Shown: positions 9,476-19,849 of the stretch, one piece after another
How positions within the stretch are numbered: the first letter of the stretch is position 1
Layout of the letters: each line of letters opens with the position of its first letter
Assembly (NCBI GenBank): GCA_039591655.1
Contig: JBDHDE010000020.1
Coordinates: 1 to 47,769, forward strand
From: Gemmatimonadota bacterium
GTDB taxonomy: Bacteria; Gemmatimonadota; Gemmatimonadetes; Gemmatimonadales; GWC2-71-9
Length of the DNA: 47,769 nucleotides
Direction of reading: 5' to 3'
Program-made: the position numbers and the translations under genes
Notes under the pieces: model-generated
What the model saw: only the letters and a program-made list of their open reading frames with translations
What the model was told of the DNA's origin: nothing
Databases searched by the model: none

Positions 9476-10524
9476 ACCTCCTCCGGAATGACCCCGGTCT
9501 TCTCGTACTGGTAGGCCATGCGCTTGAGGCGCGCGACGCGAATGGCCATCGGTGGGTGGGTGGCCATGGCGTTGGCGAAGAACCCTTCCTTCAGGTTGAC
9601 CCGCCGTCCCAACGGGTCGGCAATGCACAGATGCGCGGCGCCACGCTTGATGGACTTCGTCGGCGCCTCGGCGTGCTCGATCTTGCGGAGGGCCTCGGCC
9701 AGGGCCGCGGGGTTGCGAGTGAACTGGGCGGCTGTGGCGTCGGCGAGGAACTCGCGCTTGCGGCTCACCGCCAGAGCCAGGAGCCGGGAGATGATGGGGG
9801 CCAGGATCACCGTGATGAGCCACAGGATCAAGATGATCAGCGCCAGCGCGCCGGCGCCGCCCTTCTTGCCGCCCCCTCCGCCGGAGCGCCCGCCGCCACC
9901 CCGGGAGCGGCCGCCCGTGTAGGCGCCGAACCGAATGAACCGCCAGGCGCCGTCGGAGATCAGCACCATCACGCCCACGAGCGCGGCGAGGAGCGTCATG
10001 AGCTTCACGTCGTGGTTGCGAATATGGGCCATCTCGTGGGCCACGACGGCCTGGAGCTCGTCACGGTCGAGGGTCGTGATGAGTCCGTCGGTCACCGCCA
10101 CGTGGGATTCCCGTTCGTTCGTGCCCGTCGCGAAGGCGTTGGGGTCCTTGTCGGGAACGAGCCAGACCTTGGGCTTGGGCAGCCCCGACGCGATGGCCAT
10201 CTCCTCCACCACGTTGATGAGCTGCTGCTCCTCGAGCTTCGACGGGTTGATCAGCTCCCAGGCGCCCGTGGCCCAGAGGACCTGCTTGGGGCCGCGCTTG
10301 TAGGCGAAGTAGGCCATGCCCAGGCCGAGGAGCGTGGCCCCGATCCCGAACCAGGGAACGGTGTGGTGGTACGCGTTGGGAGGGGCCTCGACCGTATACA
10401 GATAGAACGAGAGATCGCCGCCGAAGCCGACCCACGCGAAGAACAGCACGAAGATCGTGACGAGGATCCGGGACCGGCGGCGATTGGCTTTCTGTTGCGC
10501 GAAGAGGTTGCTGTCAGCGCTCAC
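9472..10524 (-). CDS. htpX: HtpX-like M48 membrane zinc metalloprotease
   Basis: PNAFATG, AHEMAH (HExxH), SRKREFLADA, THPP; follows lemA. Confidence 0.9.
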   Translation of the reverse strand: MSADSNLFAQQKANRRRSRILVTIFVLFFAWVGFGGDLSFYLYTVEAPPNAYHHTVPWFGIGATLLGLGMAYFAYKRGPKQVLWATGAWELINPSKLEEQQLINVVEEMAIASGLPKPKVWLVPDKDPNAFATGTNERESHVAVTDGLITTLDRDELQAVVAHEMAHIRNHDVKLMTLLAALVGVMVLISDGAWRFIRFGAYTGGRSRGGGGRSGGGGGKKGGAGALALIILILWLITVILAPIISRLLALAVSRKREFLADATAAQFTRNPAALAEALRKIEHAEAPTKSIKRGAAHLCIADPLGRRVNLKEGFFANAMATHPPMAIRVARLKRMAYQYEKTGVIPEEV

Positions 10525-11111
10525 TGCTTCGGCTTCATCGACAGATCGATCTTCGGCACCGCCCGCTCCTTCTCATCCGTGAGCTCCCACAGCTCTACCT
10601 GCTCGGCCCGCGCCAAACCCGTGATCAGGTTCCACGGGAACTGCTGCTGCTTCACGTTGTAGGTCGTGGCCATGTCGTTGTAGAGCTGCCGGGCAAAGGC
10701 GACGCGGTTCTCCGTGGACGTAAGCTCTTCCTGAAGCTGTCCTACGTTGGCCGTAGCCTTGAGCTCCGGATACCGCTCCACCACCAGGTTGAAGCGGCCC
10801 AGCGCCGAGGACAGCGCCGCCTCGGCGGCCGCTAGCTGTCCCACGCCCCCGGCGGGCGTGGCCTGCTCTTGGGCTTTCACCGCCTGGTTGCGCGCCTGAA
10901 TCACCGCCTCGAGGGTCTCCCGCTCGAACTCCATGGCGCCCTTTACGGCCTCTACCAGGTTCGGGATCAGGTCGTGCCGCCGTTTGAGCTGGACGTCGAT
11001 CTGTTTCCAGGCGTTCTGCGTCTGGCCCTTGAGGTTGATCAGCGTGTTGTAGGCCGAGATCACCCACAGCACCACGGCCACGATCACTATTATGAAGATC
11101 CACGTTGCCAT
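10521..11111 (-). CDS. lemA: LemA family protein
   Basis: N-terminal TM, YN.L, IDVQLKRRHDLIPNLVE, ERYPELKA, QQFP. Confidence 0.95.
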   Translation of the reverse strand: MATWIFIIVIVAVVLWVISAYNTLINLKGQTQNAWKQIDVQLKRRHDLIPNLVEAVKGAMEFERETLEAVIQARNQAVKAQEQATPAGGVGQLAAAEAALSSALGRFNLVVERYPELKATANVGQLQEELTSTENRVAFARQLYNDMATTYNVKQQQFPWNLITGLARAEQVELWELTDEKERAVPKIDLSMKPKQ

Positions 11112-11154
11112 CTTGTGCTCCTTCTACTGGCGGTGCGCCGGGTCCAGGGAGTCG

Positions 11155-11874
11155 CTAAACGCGCCGGCCGGTCCGGTCGGCGGGCGACGTCGGCTTCGTT
11201 CCCACGGGGATGGTCCCCAACTGCGAGAGGATACGGCCGATGGCGAGCCGCACAGCATCGGTCGCATGGCCCTCCAGCTCGGGATGCCGCGCCAGGATGT
11301 GGTCCTCCCGCACGTGCAGCTCCAAGCCCTCGCCCACCTGCACCCGCTGCCACTTGGTCGGCTCCTTTGTCCCGCGCTCCGACGGCTCTACCGTCGAGCC
11401 CACCCACGTCCGCAGGGCCTGGCCCGCCCTTCCCCGTGGCGCGGTGTCCTCGGCGGTCAGGGGGAGGTGGCTGGGTGGCGGCAGGCCGGGGCCCAGGGCG
11501 GCTGCGACGCGGCGCTCGAGAACATCGCCCGAGGTCTCGGCGAGCTCGTTCCCGATGTCCGCCAGGGTCGCTCCCTCCATCTGCCGCAACTTGATGGCCA
11601 ATACCTGCAACAGATGGCGGTACGAGTACGTCGCCGCGGTGCCGCGGCCGTCCGGCGGCATCACGAGGTTGCGGGTGACGTAGAAGCGTATCGTCCGCTC
11701 GGAGGGATGGGCGCTCGCTGCGGCGTTGATGGGCCGCACCGCGGAGGCGTCCAGAATGGCGCCCGCCACGGTGGCGAGGTCCCGCAGATTCCACGGCGCG
11801 AGCTGCCGGTACTCTCGGAGGTTGAACAGTGGATCCGCCACGCGCCCTCCCGACGTGCCCATGTTACTGTCCAT
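11155..11874 (-). CDS. MerR-like HTH transcriptional regulator
   Basis: SERTIRFYVTRNLVMPPDGRGTAATYSYRHLLQVLAIK winged HTH; start uncertain. Confidence 0.8.
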   Translation of the reverse strand: MDSNMGTSGGRVADPLFNLREYRQLAPWNLRDLATVAGAILDASAVRPINAAASAHPSERTIRFYVTRNLVMPPDGRGTAATYSYRHLLQVLAIKLRQMEGATLADIGNELAETSGDVLERRVAAALGPGLPPPSHLPLTAEDTAPRGRAGQALRTWVGSTVEPSERGTKEPTKWQRVQVGEGLELHVREDHILARHPELEGHATDAVRLAIGRILSQLGTIPVGTKPTSPADRTGRRV

Positions 11875-12259
11875 TCGCTTCGCGCCGCTCAGCGGCGGTG
11901 ATTCCCGTGATGAGATCCACGACCTGGTGGATATCGAACGGCTTCGCGAGGACGGTCAGGCCCTGCAGGCTGAGCCAGTCCTCGTGGTCCTCGGCCTCCG
12001 GATCGCCGCTCATTATGACGACGCGGGCCGCGAGCTGAGGCCATTGGGTCGCGATCAGGTGATACAGCGTCTGCCCCGACATGCTGGGCATGCGGAGATC
12101 CATGAGCACGACGTCCACCGGCGTGCTGCCAAGGACCTCGCATGCCTCCTCGCCCGTCGTCGCCAGGTGTACGGACATTCCCAGCCGGGTGAGCGCCCGT
12201 GTCAGCACCCGCCGGATGCCGACCTCGTCGTCCACGATCAGTACCGAGAGCGGCGTCAT
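11864..12259 (-). CDS. Single-domain response regulator (receiver)
   Basis: VLIVDDE, VLMDLRMP, IMSG, LAKPF; ATG overlaps the upstream stop (ATGA). Confidence 0.9.
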   Translation of the reverse strand: MTPLSVLIVDDEVGIRRVLTRALTRLGMSVHLATTGEEACEVLGSTPVDVVLMDLRMPSMSGQTLYHLIATQWPQLAARVVIMSGDPEAEDHEDWLSLQGLTVLAKPFDIHQVVDLITGITAAERREANGQ

Positions 12260-13056
12260 GACGCGCTCGCCAGGCCCTCTGTGGGCCGCTGGAAGAAGCG
12301 CTGCCGCACGATCCGGATTCCATCCTCCGGGCCGAGGGACACCCGCAACTCGCCGGGGGTCATACCGAAGACCTCCTTCACGTGTTGCGCGAAGGAGCGC
12401 GCCTTGGCGTAGCCCAGCTTCGTCGCGATGTCCTCCACCGTGTAGCCCGGGTCCTGGAGCAGCCGGTGGGCGTACACCACCCGGAACACCATCAGCACGA
12501 CGCTGGGTGGCGGCAGGTTGGCCTTGGTGAACCAGCGGACGCAAGTGCGGCGGTCCATCCGGGCGCGCTGTGCCAGATCCCGCACCGTGTGGAAAGCCGC
12601 CGGCTCCCGCACGATCGTCTCGATGGCCCACTTGAGCTGTCCCGGGCAGTCCACCAGCAGGTCTCCGATCTCCTCGATCAACTGACGGGAGAGTGAGCGC
12701 GCCGCTTCGTGCACCAGCAACTCGCCGAGCCGCTCGGGGTGGTCGTCGTAGCCGGCCACCACCACCTCCCGCACGCCCACGCGACCCAGATGCAGCAGGA
12801 CCCCCACCACCCCCGGGGAGAGCTTGGTGTACAGGACCAGGGGCAGGGAGGGGAAGAGAACCCGAATCCGCTCGATTTCCTGCGTCCGAGGCGTACCTTC
12901 CAGGGCTGGATCCAGGACCGCTAACTCCAATGGCTCCTTGAGGATAGATTCGAGCGCCTGGGCCCAGGTCTCGACGATGCGATACTGGAACCGGTGCCCG
13001 GCCGCCCGATGCAGCTGCACGGCGAACGGTCTAGGGACGGCTGCGAGAACGAGCAT
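12256..13056 (-). CDS. AraC-family regulator with degenerate receiver-like N-terminal domain
   Basis: C-terminal TVRDLAQRARMDRRT..TVEDIATKLGYAKARSFAQHVKEVFGMTPGELR double HTH; N-terminal AVLDP..LVLYT without the acidic pair or KP. Confidence 0.85.
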   Translation of the reverse strand: MLVLAAVPRPFAVQLHRAAGHRFQYRIVETWAQALESILKEPLELAVLDPALEGTPRTQEIERIRVLFPSLPLVLYTKLSPGVVGVLLHLGRVGVREVVVAGYDDHPERLGELLVHEAARSLSRQLIEEIGDLLVDCPGQLKWAIETIVREPAAFHTVRDLAQRARMDRRTCVRWFTKANLPPPSVVLMVFRVVYAHRLLQDPGYTVEDIATKLGYAKARSFAQHVKEVFGMTPGELRVSLGPEDGIRIVRQRFFQRPTEGLASAS

Positions 13057-13058
13057 GA

Positions 13059-13096
13059 ATGTCCCAAAAACGGCACATAAAGTCCCCAAAAGGGCC
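13059..13096. promoter_or_regulatory. Direct repeat pair, 21-bp spacing, candidate AraC-type operator
   Basis: GTCCCAAAAACGGC at 13061 and GTCCCCAAAAGGGC at 13082, in the divergent intergenic region. Confidence 0.5.
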
Positions 13097-13181
13097 TATC
13101 CGCCCCCTGCCACACATCACGAATTTGGAGCGGCGGCGCGAGCCGCCATCTGTTTCAGCACTCAGCCTCAGGAGGCGAGTT

Positions 13182-13340
13182 ATGTCCCGTCGAGTTCGTT
13201 GTGTTGTCCTGGCTCTTCTAGCTTCGCTGGCGCTCGGCGCCACGGCCTGCGCCAGTCCGACCGAGCCGGCGCTCAACAACTGCGAGGACGGCCGGACCTC
13301 GGACTGCCAGTTCAACGGCTACATGGGCTCCGGGACCTAG
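13182..13340 (+). CDS. 52-aa secreted lipopeptide, candidate signalling propeptide
   Basis: GGAGG RBS at 13171; basic N-region, hydrophobic core, lipobox-like ATAC; C-x7-C; ends QFNGYMGSGT. Confidence 0.75.
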   Translation: MSRRVRCVVLALLASLALGATACASPTEPALNNCEDGRTSDCQFNGYMGSGT

Positions 13341-14632
13341 TCCTGCTCCTTCTGGGGTCCGCCCCGTCCGGTAGCGGCTAGGGCCTCCAGGGCCTCGATC
13401 GTCGGCCGCAACTCCGGGGCGGGCTCCGTTTCGGCCGGAGGCGCCGCCAGGGCGCGCTCCTCATCGTCGCGCACTTCCTTGAGCAGCGACTCCGCCCGGA
13501 ACAACCGCTCTCCCAGGCCGTACTGTTCGGCCAACGCGACCGCTTGCTCGAGGTGCTTCACGCCCTCCGGGCCGCGGTCGAACATTGCCAGGCCGTAGCC
13601 CAGCTTGATCTCGTACTCCACCTGCTCGTCGGGTGGGAGCTGCTCGTAGCGCTCCGCCAGCTCCCGACGCCAACGCTCGAACGCCAGACGGTCCTGCATG
13701 TATGCGCCCAGCTCCATGAGCTCAACCAGGGCTCGGACCCGTAGCTCCGGTGGCGGCTCCAACTCCACGCAGTGCAGCAGCGCCCGCTTGGCCGCCGAGT
13801 AGTGCCCCAGCTCCTTGAGCATGATGCCGGTGTCGCCCAGGGCCCGGGTGCGCTGCGGTCGCTGCTCGTACAGCTTGAACGCCTGGAATGAGTGCTCCAC
13901 GGCGCTGGCCTCGCGGCCCATGAACGCGTGAGTCACCGCCAGGTCGTGGCACGCGCGGGCCTCGGCATCCCGATCGCCGGTGCGCTTTGCCTCGTCCAGC
14001 ACGCCGTGGATCAGGCGCTCGGCCTCAGGCAGGTTGCCGACCTGCTGTGCCACCAGGCCACGCCCGATACGGCTCAGCAGTACCGAGTGCCCGTCGCCGG
14101 CCCGTGCGGCCAGCCGGCTGGCTGCGGCATAGGAGTCGTGGGCCTGCTCGAACCGGCCTGCCAGCCGGAACACGCGGCCCAGCTGGAGGTGGGCCGCGAT
14201 CTCCGACTCCGTTGCGCCGTCGGTACCGAGGCAGAGCCCGGTCCGCAGCACGTCGAGAGCTTCCTCCAGCCGGAGCTCCTGCTCGAGCCAGTAGGCGAAG
14301 GCGAGCAGGGGCGGCCACAGGAGCCGCGCCTTGCGGAAGGCGCCGATGCCCGCCGCCACCCGTACGATCTCGTACAGGTGGTTGCTCTCGACTGAGGGTG
14401 ATTGGAGCCCCTTGATGAAATCGCGGGTCGCCCGAACCTGATACGCCAGGGCATCCTCCGGCGGAGACGGACGATCCGTCGCAAACTGATCCACCAGCCG
14501 CATCGTGAGGAACGCTGCGAGGGCGTGACTGCTCGCCGGCTCCGCGCCGGAGTCCGCGGCGCGTTGCAGGAAGGGCTCGTGAAGGCCATTGCCGCTCTCG
14601 GCCAGTGCGGTGCGGGATTTCGGGTAGAACAC
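13337..14632 (-). CDS. Tetratricopeptide repeat protein (431 aa)
   Basis: Repeats such as AHLQLGRVFRLAGRFEQA, GRGLVAQQVGNLPEAE, ALGDTGIMLKELGHYSAA; GTG 14632 preceded by GGAGG. Confidence 0.85.
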   Translation of the reverse strand: MFYPKSRTALAESGNGLHEPFLQRAADSGAEPASSHALAAFLTMRLVDQFATDRPSPPEDALAYQVRATRDFIKGLQSPSVESNHLYEIVRVAAGIGAFRKARLLWPPLLAFAYWLEQELRLEEALDVLRTGLCLGTDGATESEIAAHLQLGRVFRLAGRFEQAHDSYAAASRLAARAGDGHSVLLSRIGRGLVAQQVGNLPEAERLIHGVLDEAKRTGDRDAEARACHDLAVTHAFMGREASAVEHSFQAFKLYEQRPQRTRALGDTGIMLKELGHYSAAKRALLHCVELEPPPELRVRALVELMELGAYMQDRLAFERWRRELAERYEQLPPDEQVEYEIKLGYGLAMFDRGPEGVKHLEQAVALAEQYGLGERLFRAESLLKEVRDDEERALAAPPAETEPAPELRPTIEALEALAATGRGGPQKEQD

Positions 14633-14795
14633 GAGCCTCCAAACCTCCGTTGGCACTGGGAAAGTCCTAGGGCTTGCCAAACATGACCCCTGGTAAGAGG
14701 GGCGGCAAGTAGCACTCACAGCCCCGCGAGAACTCGCCCAAGTTGGCGTAACTTAGCCTCCGCCGAGTGACCCCAACCGTGACATCCGTTACGCC

Positions 14796-15224
14796 GTGCA
14801 CCGCGGCGTCACTCTCGTGGAACTCGTGGCTGTGCTAGCCATCACAGGGGTCCTGCTGGGCCTGGCTGTGCCCCGGGTCGTGGGCTGGGCCGACCGGGTG
14901 GCAGCGCGCCGCGCCGCGGGCGAGATACGGTCCTTCTACCAGGAGGCGCGCCTCGGGGCCGTGCTGTGGAGTGCGCGGGTACGACTGGAGTTCGGGGGCG
15001 ACTCGCTCAGAGCGGTGTTCGAGGAGGCGCGGGACTCCACGTTCCTGGTGCGGCTGGGACCGGCGCGGCATGGCGTGAGGCTCACGGCGACTCGGCCGGC
15101 GATCCGGATCGCCGCGAACGGGATGGGGTGGGGGGCGGCCAACACGAAGCTGGTGCTCGAGCGGGGGAGCGCCGCCGAGTCGTTGACGGTGTCGCGGCTG
15201 GGGAGGATGAAGTGGTGGCGCTAG
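14796..15224 (+). CDS. Prepilin-type N-methylation domain protein (FimT/GspH-like)
   Basis: RG/VTLVELVAVLAI prepilin motif with Glu at +5. Confidence 0.85.
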   Translation: MHRGVTLVELVAVLAITGVLLGLAVPRVVGWADRVAARRAAGEIRSFYQEARLGAVLWSARVRLEFGGDSLRAVFEEARDSTFLVRLGPARHGVRLTATRPAIRIAANGMGWGAANTKLVLERGSAAESLTVSRLGRMKWWR

Positions 15225-16231
15225 TGCCAGCGCATGACGGGGCTCCGGTGACCGGGCCACACGTCCACGGCGATGGGGGAGGGCGTCTCCGCCGAGGCGT
15301 CGACCGCCCCCGTGCGCAGGTCGATTCGCACCACGGCACCGCGTGCGGCGAGGTACGCCCAGCGACCGTTGCTGCTCACGGCGGCCGCCCCCTGCGCCGG
15401 CACCTTGAGCCGTGCCACGGCCTCGCGCCTTCGGAAGTCCACGACCAACGACTCGTCATGCCCCGGCCGGGTCACGACGGCGCGACGGCGGCCCGGTGTG
15501 GGATGCAATCCGGCGGCTCCCTCGCCCAGGCCGACGGAGTCCAAGAGCGAGAGGCGGACCCGGTCGAGGTAGAGGAGCGTGCCCGAGCGACGGCACAGCA
15601 CGTAGATGATGGTGCCGTTGGAGGACAGCGCAACGTCGCTCGCCCCGCAGCCCGGTTCCGCGGCAGCGGGGGCCAGCGGCACCGTGCGCACCACGACCCG
15701 AAGCTCGGTGTCCAGCTCCGCCACCGCGTCTTCGCCGCAGGCGACGTACAGCTCATCGAGCACGTCGAACGGCACCGCTCCCCGCACGGGTCCGGTGCAC
15801 GGCTGCACCCGGGCCACGTCGTCGGAGCCGTCGGTGGGAATGAAGTGCAAGGTGCCCGGCCCCGCTCCGCCGGTCGCCAACAGGACGGCGCGGGCGTTCG
15901 GCAGGACCGTGACGACCGACGGGGCTCCGCCGGTCACCGGAATCCGCTGGAGCACTGCGCCGTCGGTGCGGCGCACCTGGAGCAGGGCGGCCGCCGTGTC
16001 GCCGGCCAGCACGACCCAAAGGCTCGCACCGTCGGGGGCAAACCGGACGTCCCACACGTGCTCCCCCGGCTCCACGGCGTGGTCCAGGGGCAAGGTGTCG
16101 GCGCGTGTGAGATCGGGAGTGAAGACGAGCACGGCGGGGTCGCCGGTGGTGGCCACGGCGATCCGGCGCGGCGCCGGCGAGCAGCCGGTGAGCAGCCCGA
16201 CGGCGAGCAGGCCGAGACCGCGCCTACTCAA
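15221..16231 (-). CDS. YncE-like beta-propeller lipoprotein
   Basis: Lipobox LTGC; FAPDG, LSSNG, VSSNG blades. Confidence 0.72.
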   Translation of the reverse strand: MSRRGLGLLAVGLLTGCSPAPRRIAVATTGDPAVLVFTPDLTRADTLPLDHAVEPGEHVWDVRFAPDGASLWVVLAGDTAAALLQVRRTDGAVLQRIPVTGGAPSVVTVLPNARAVLLATGGAGPGTLHFIPTDGSDDVARVQPCTGPVRGAVPFDVLDELYVACGEDAVAELDTELRVVVRTVPLAPAAAEPGCGASDVALSSNGTIIYVLCRRSGTLLYLDRVRLSLLDSVGLGEGAAGLHPTPGRRRAVVTRPGHDESLVVDFRRREAVARLKVPAQGAAAVSSNGRWAYLAARGAVVRIDLRTGAVDASAETPSPIAVDVWPGHRSPVMRWH

Positions 16232-17066
16232 CGAACGACAGCGGGACCCGGCTGGGGATGATCCCTGCGTGCGCCGCCCGCTCGAGGAGCAGCTGCACCG
16301 CGCGCCGGCCCGCCTCCCCGTAATCGACGGTGTACTCGTTCACGTACATGCCGACGAACTCGTCGGCCGCCACCCGTTCGAGTCCCCGGGCGTACTGCAT
16401 GGCGTGGCTCAAGGCCTCCTCCCGGTGCTCGAGGCCGTAGACGATGCTCGCCTTGAGGTCCCGGGAGATCTGGCCGATGAGCTCATCGCCCAAGTCGCGG
16501 CGCACGGCGTTGCCCCCGAGTGGGAGCGGCAGGCCCGTCTCGCCGTGCCACCACTCGCCCATGTCGGCCCAGAGGTTGAGCCCGCCCTGAGAGTACGTGA
16601 GTTGCCCCTCGTGGATCAGCAACCCGGCATCCACTTCGCCCTGGAGCACCGCGTCCTCGATCCGATCGAACGGCACCACCGCAGCCTCGAAATCGGGCTG
16701 GTAGAGTCTCAGCGCGAGCGCGGCCGTGGTGAGCCTTCCCGGGATCGCTACGCGCTTGCCACGAATGCCTGCCCGAGGATCGGGCGGCGGCGGCGCCTTG
16801 GCCACCAGGCGGGGCCCGTAGCGGTCACCCATGGACGCCCCGTGGGAAAGCAGGGCGTAACGTTCGGCGAGGTAGGCGTAGGCGTGGATCGAGACCGCCG
16901 TGACGTCCAGCTCCCCCTCGAGAGCCCGCTGGTTGAGCGTCTCGATGTCCTGTAGCTCGTGCTCGTAGCGCCGGCCGCCGGTGTCGATCTTCCCGGCGGC
17001 CAGTGCATAGAACATGAAGGCGTCGTCGGAGTCCGGGCTGTGCGCCAGCCGGATGGTGGGCATCAC
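16224..17066 (-). CDS. mqnD: 1,4-dihydroxy-6-naphthoate synthase (MqnD, futalosine pathway)
   Basis: HSPDSDDAFMF, DIETLN, LIHEGQLTY, TGLPLPLG, MYVN. Confidence 0.85.
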   Translation of the reverse strand: MMPTIRLAHSPDSDDAFMFYALAAGKIDTGGRRYEHELQDIETLNQRALEGELDVTAVSIHAYAYLAERYALLSHGASMGDRYGPRLVAKAPPPPDPRAGIRGKRVAIPGRLTTAALALRLYQPDFEAAVVPFDRIEDAVLQGEVDAGLLIHEGQLTYSQGGLNLWADMGEWWHGETGLPLPLGGNAVRRDLGDELIGQISRDLKASIVYGLEHREEALSHAMQYARGLERVAADEFVGMYVNEYTVDYGEAGRRAVQLLLERAAHAGIIPSRVPLSFVE

Positions 17067-17758
17067 CCGCCGCTCGCCACTCCCAGATCCGTCTCGGCCT
17101 GCACCCTGTACCCGTCGATGGCGCGCTGGTGGTCGAGGTACTCCTGCCGGCTCGTGGCCATCTGGTTCTCGTAGCTGTCGAGGAAGCGACGCTCCAGTTG
17201 GCGCTCCGCTTCCGTATCCCCCTGCAGGCGCGCCACAGATGTGCGCAGCATGATGGCCAGCAGGTGGTTCGGCACTGCGGCCTCGATGGAATCGGCCCGA
17301 GCGGCGGCCGAGTCCGGGCTACCGGTGATGGAGTGGATCAGCCCCACGTGGTAGTGCGCGTCGGGGTCCAGCGGGCTGAGCATCGCATACACCTGGAGCG
17401 CCATCGGCTTGAACATGTTGATCTCGTCCATGTCGCCGCTCTGGTGCGCCGTCATGATCCGGTTGAACAGCCGGTCGGCCTGCTCCCGCGGAGGCATGGA
17501 GGCGATGTCGGGCATGCCGCCCTGCGGTGCGCCGCCGGCTGGGGGAGCGGCGGCTCCGCCAGGTGGGCGCGCCGAGGAGCGGCCGGCCTGATAGGCGACC
17601 ACCACCAGCAATACCGCCACGACCAGGCCGGCCAGTATCCAGACGAAGCCAGGCATGCCACCGCGTTCGGCGGCCATCGGTGACCCGCAGGCATGGCAGA
17701 ACTTGGCGCCCGTCTTGACCGTCGCGCCGCAGTTGTTGCAGACGTTCTCGGGACTCAT
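17063..17758 (-). CDS. Zinc-ribbon + TM + TPR-like protein
   Basis: CNNCG..KFCHACG, TM helix, helical C-terminal domain. Confidence 0.75.
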   Translation of the reverse strand: MSPENVCNNCGATVKTGAKFCHACGSPMAAERGGMPGFVWILAGLVVAVLLVVVAYQAGRSSARPPGGAAAPPAGGAPQGGMPDIASMPPREQADRLFNRIMTAHQSGDMDEINMFKPMALQVYAMLSPLDPDAHYHVGLIHSITGSPDSAAARADSIEAAVPNHLLAIMLRTSVARLQGDTEAERQLERRFLDSYENQMATSRQEYLDHQRAIDGYRVQAETDLGVASGG

Positions 17759-17927
17759 CAGTGAGGGTCCATCCGTGAGGGTATGCAGACGTCTCGGTGG
17801 AACCGCGTAATATAGCAGCGGGCTGCGCGTCCCGGAGACCCGAGTCGGGGAATAGCCCCCGCTCGGCGCCGGTTTCCGGGCGTTGTTCGGCTAGCGTTGC
17901 TGCAAGTGGGGCATTACTGTAGCGCCC

Positions 17928-18230
17928 ATGGCGCCGGATTCCGAGGATCAGTCCAAGTCCACGCGGTTCGACCCCCCCTGGAGCCAGATCAAGGCCCGCC
18001 AGATGGGTGAGCTGGAACGGGGAGAGAGCCGGTGGGACGTCCTCCTGGAGACCGTCACCGACCCCGACATCGGCGCCATCCGCGGCCGCATCCACTTCAT
18101 CTCCGGCAACGTGCACCGCCTCTCCGGCTGGATCTTCCTGGAGTGGGCCGAGAAAGACGTAGAGGCCCGGTTCACGGAGTTCTCCGCCCAGGAGTTGTGG
18201 AACCTCCTGGGGTCGCTGGAAGGGACATAG
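17928..18230 (+). CDS. Hypothetical protein
   Basis: 100-aa ORF with GC3-rich codons and protein-like composition filling the gap. Confidence 0.65.
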   Translation: MAPDSEDQSKSTRFDPPWSQIKARQMGELERGESRWDVLLETVTDPDIGAIRGRIHFISGNVHRLSGWIFLEWAEKDVEARFTEFSAQELWNLLGSLEGT

Positions 18231-18353
18231 CGCCGCCGCAGGCCGCCCGCCGATTTCTGGACGCATCGCACGAAACATCCGCCTGGATACCCGAAGATAA
18301 CCCAAATATTCTGCGCAGCGTCGCCGGATCTCTGCTCAATCTGCAAGAATCGC

Positions 18354-18382
18354 TTGACACCGCGCTATCCCGCATGTAGCGT
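18354..18382 (+). promoter_or_regulatory. Sigma70-type promoter of glnA
   Basis: TTGACA-17 nt-TAGCGT upstream of AAGGAG RBS. Confidence 0.6.
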
Positions 18383-18445
18383 TCGCCATCCCGCAGCGGA
18401 GCCCGGCGGGCAAGGTCGCAACCGTCCACCGCAAAGGAGCGATCA

Positions 18446-19848
<1,403 letters not shown>

Positions 19849-19849
<1 letters not shown>

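Noticed and set aside
18383..18445. Glutamine riboswitch in the glnA leader
   Set aside because: Could not recognise the conserved core of the glnA RNA motif
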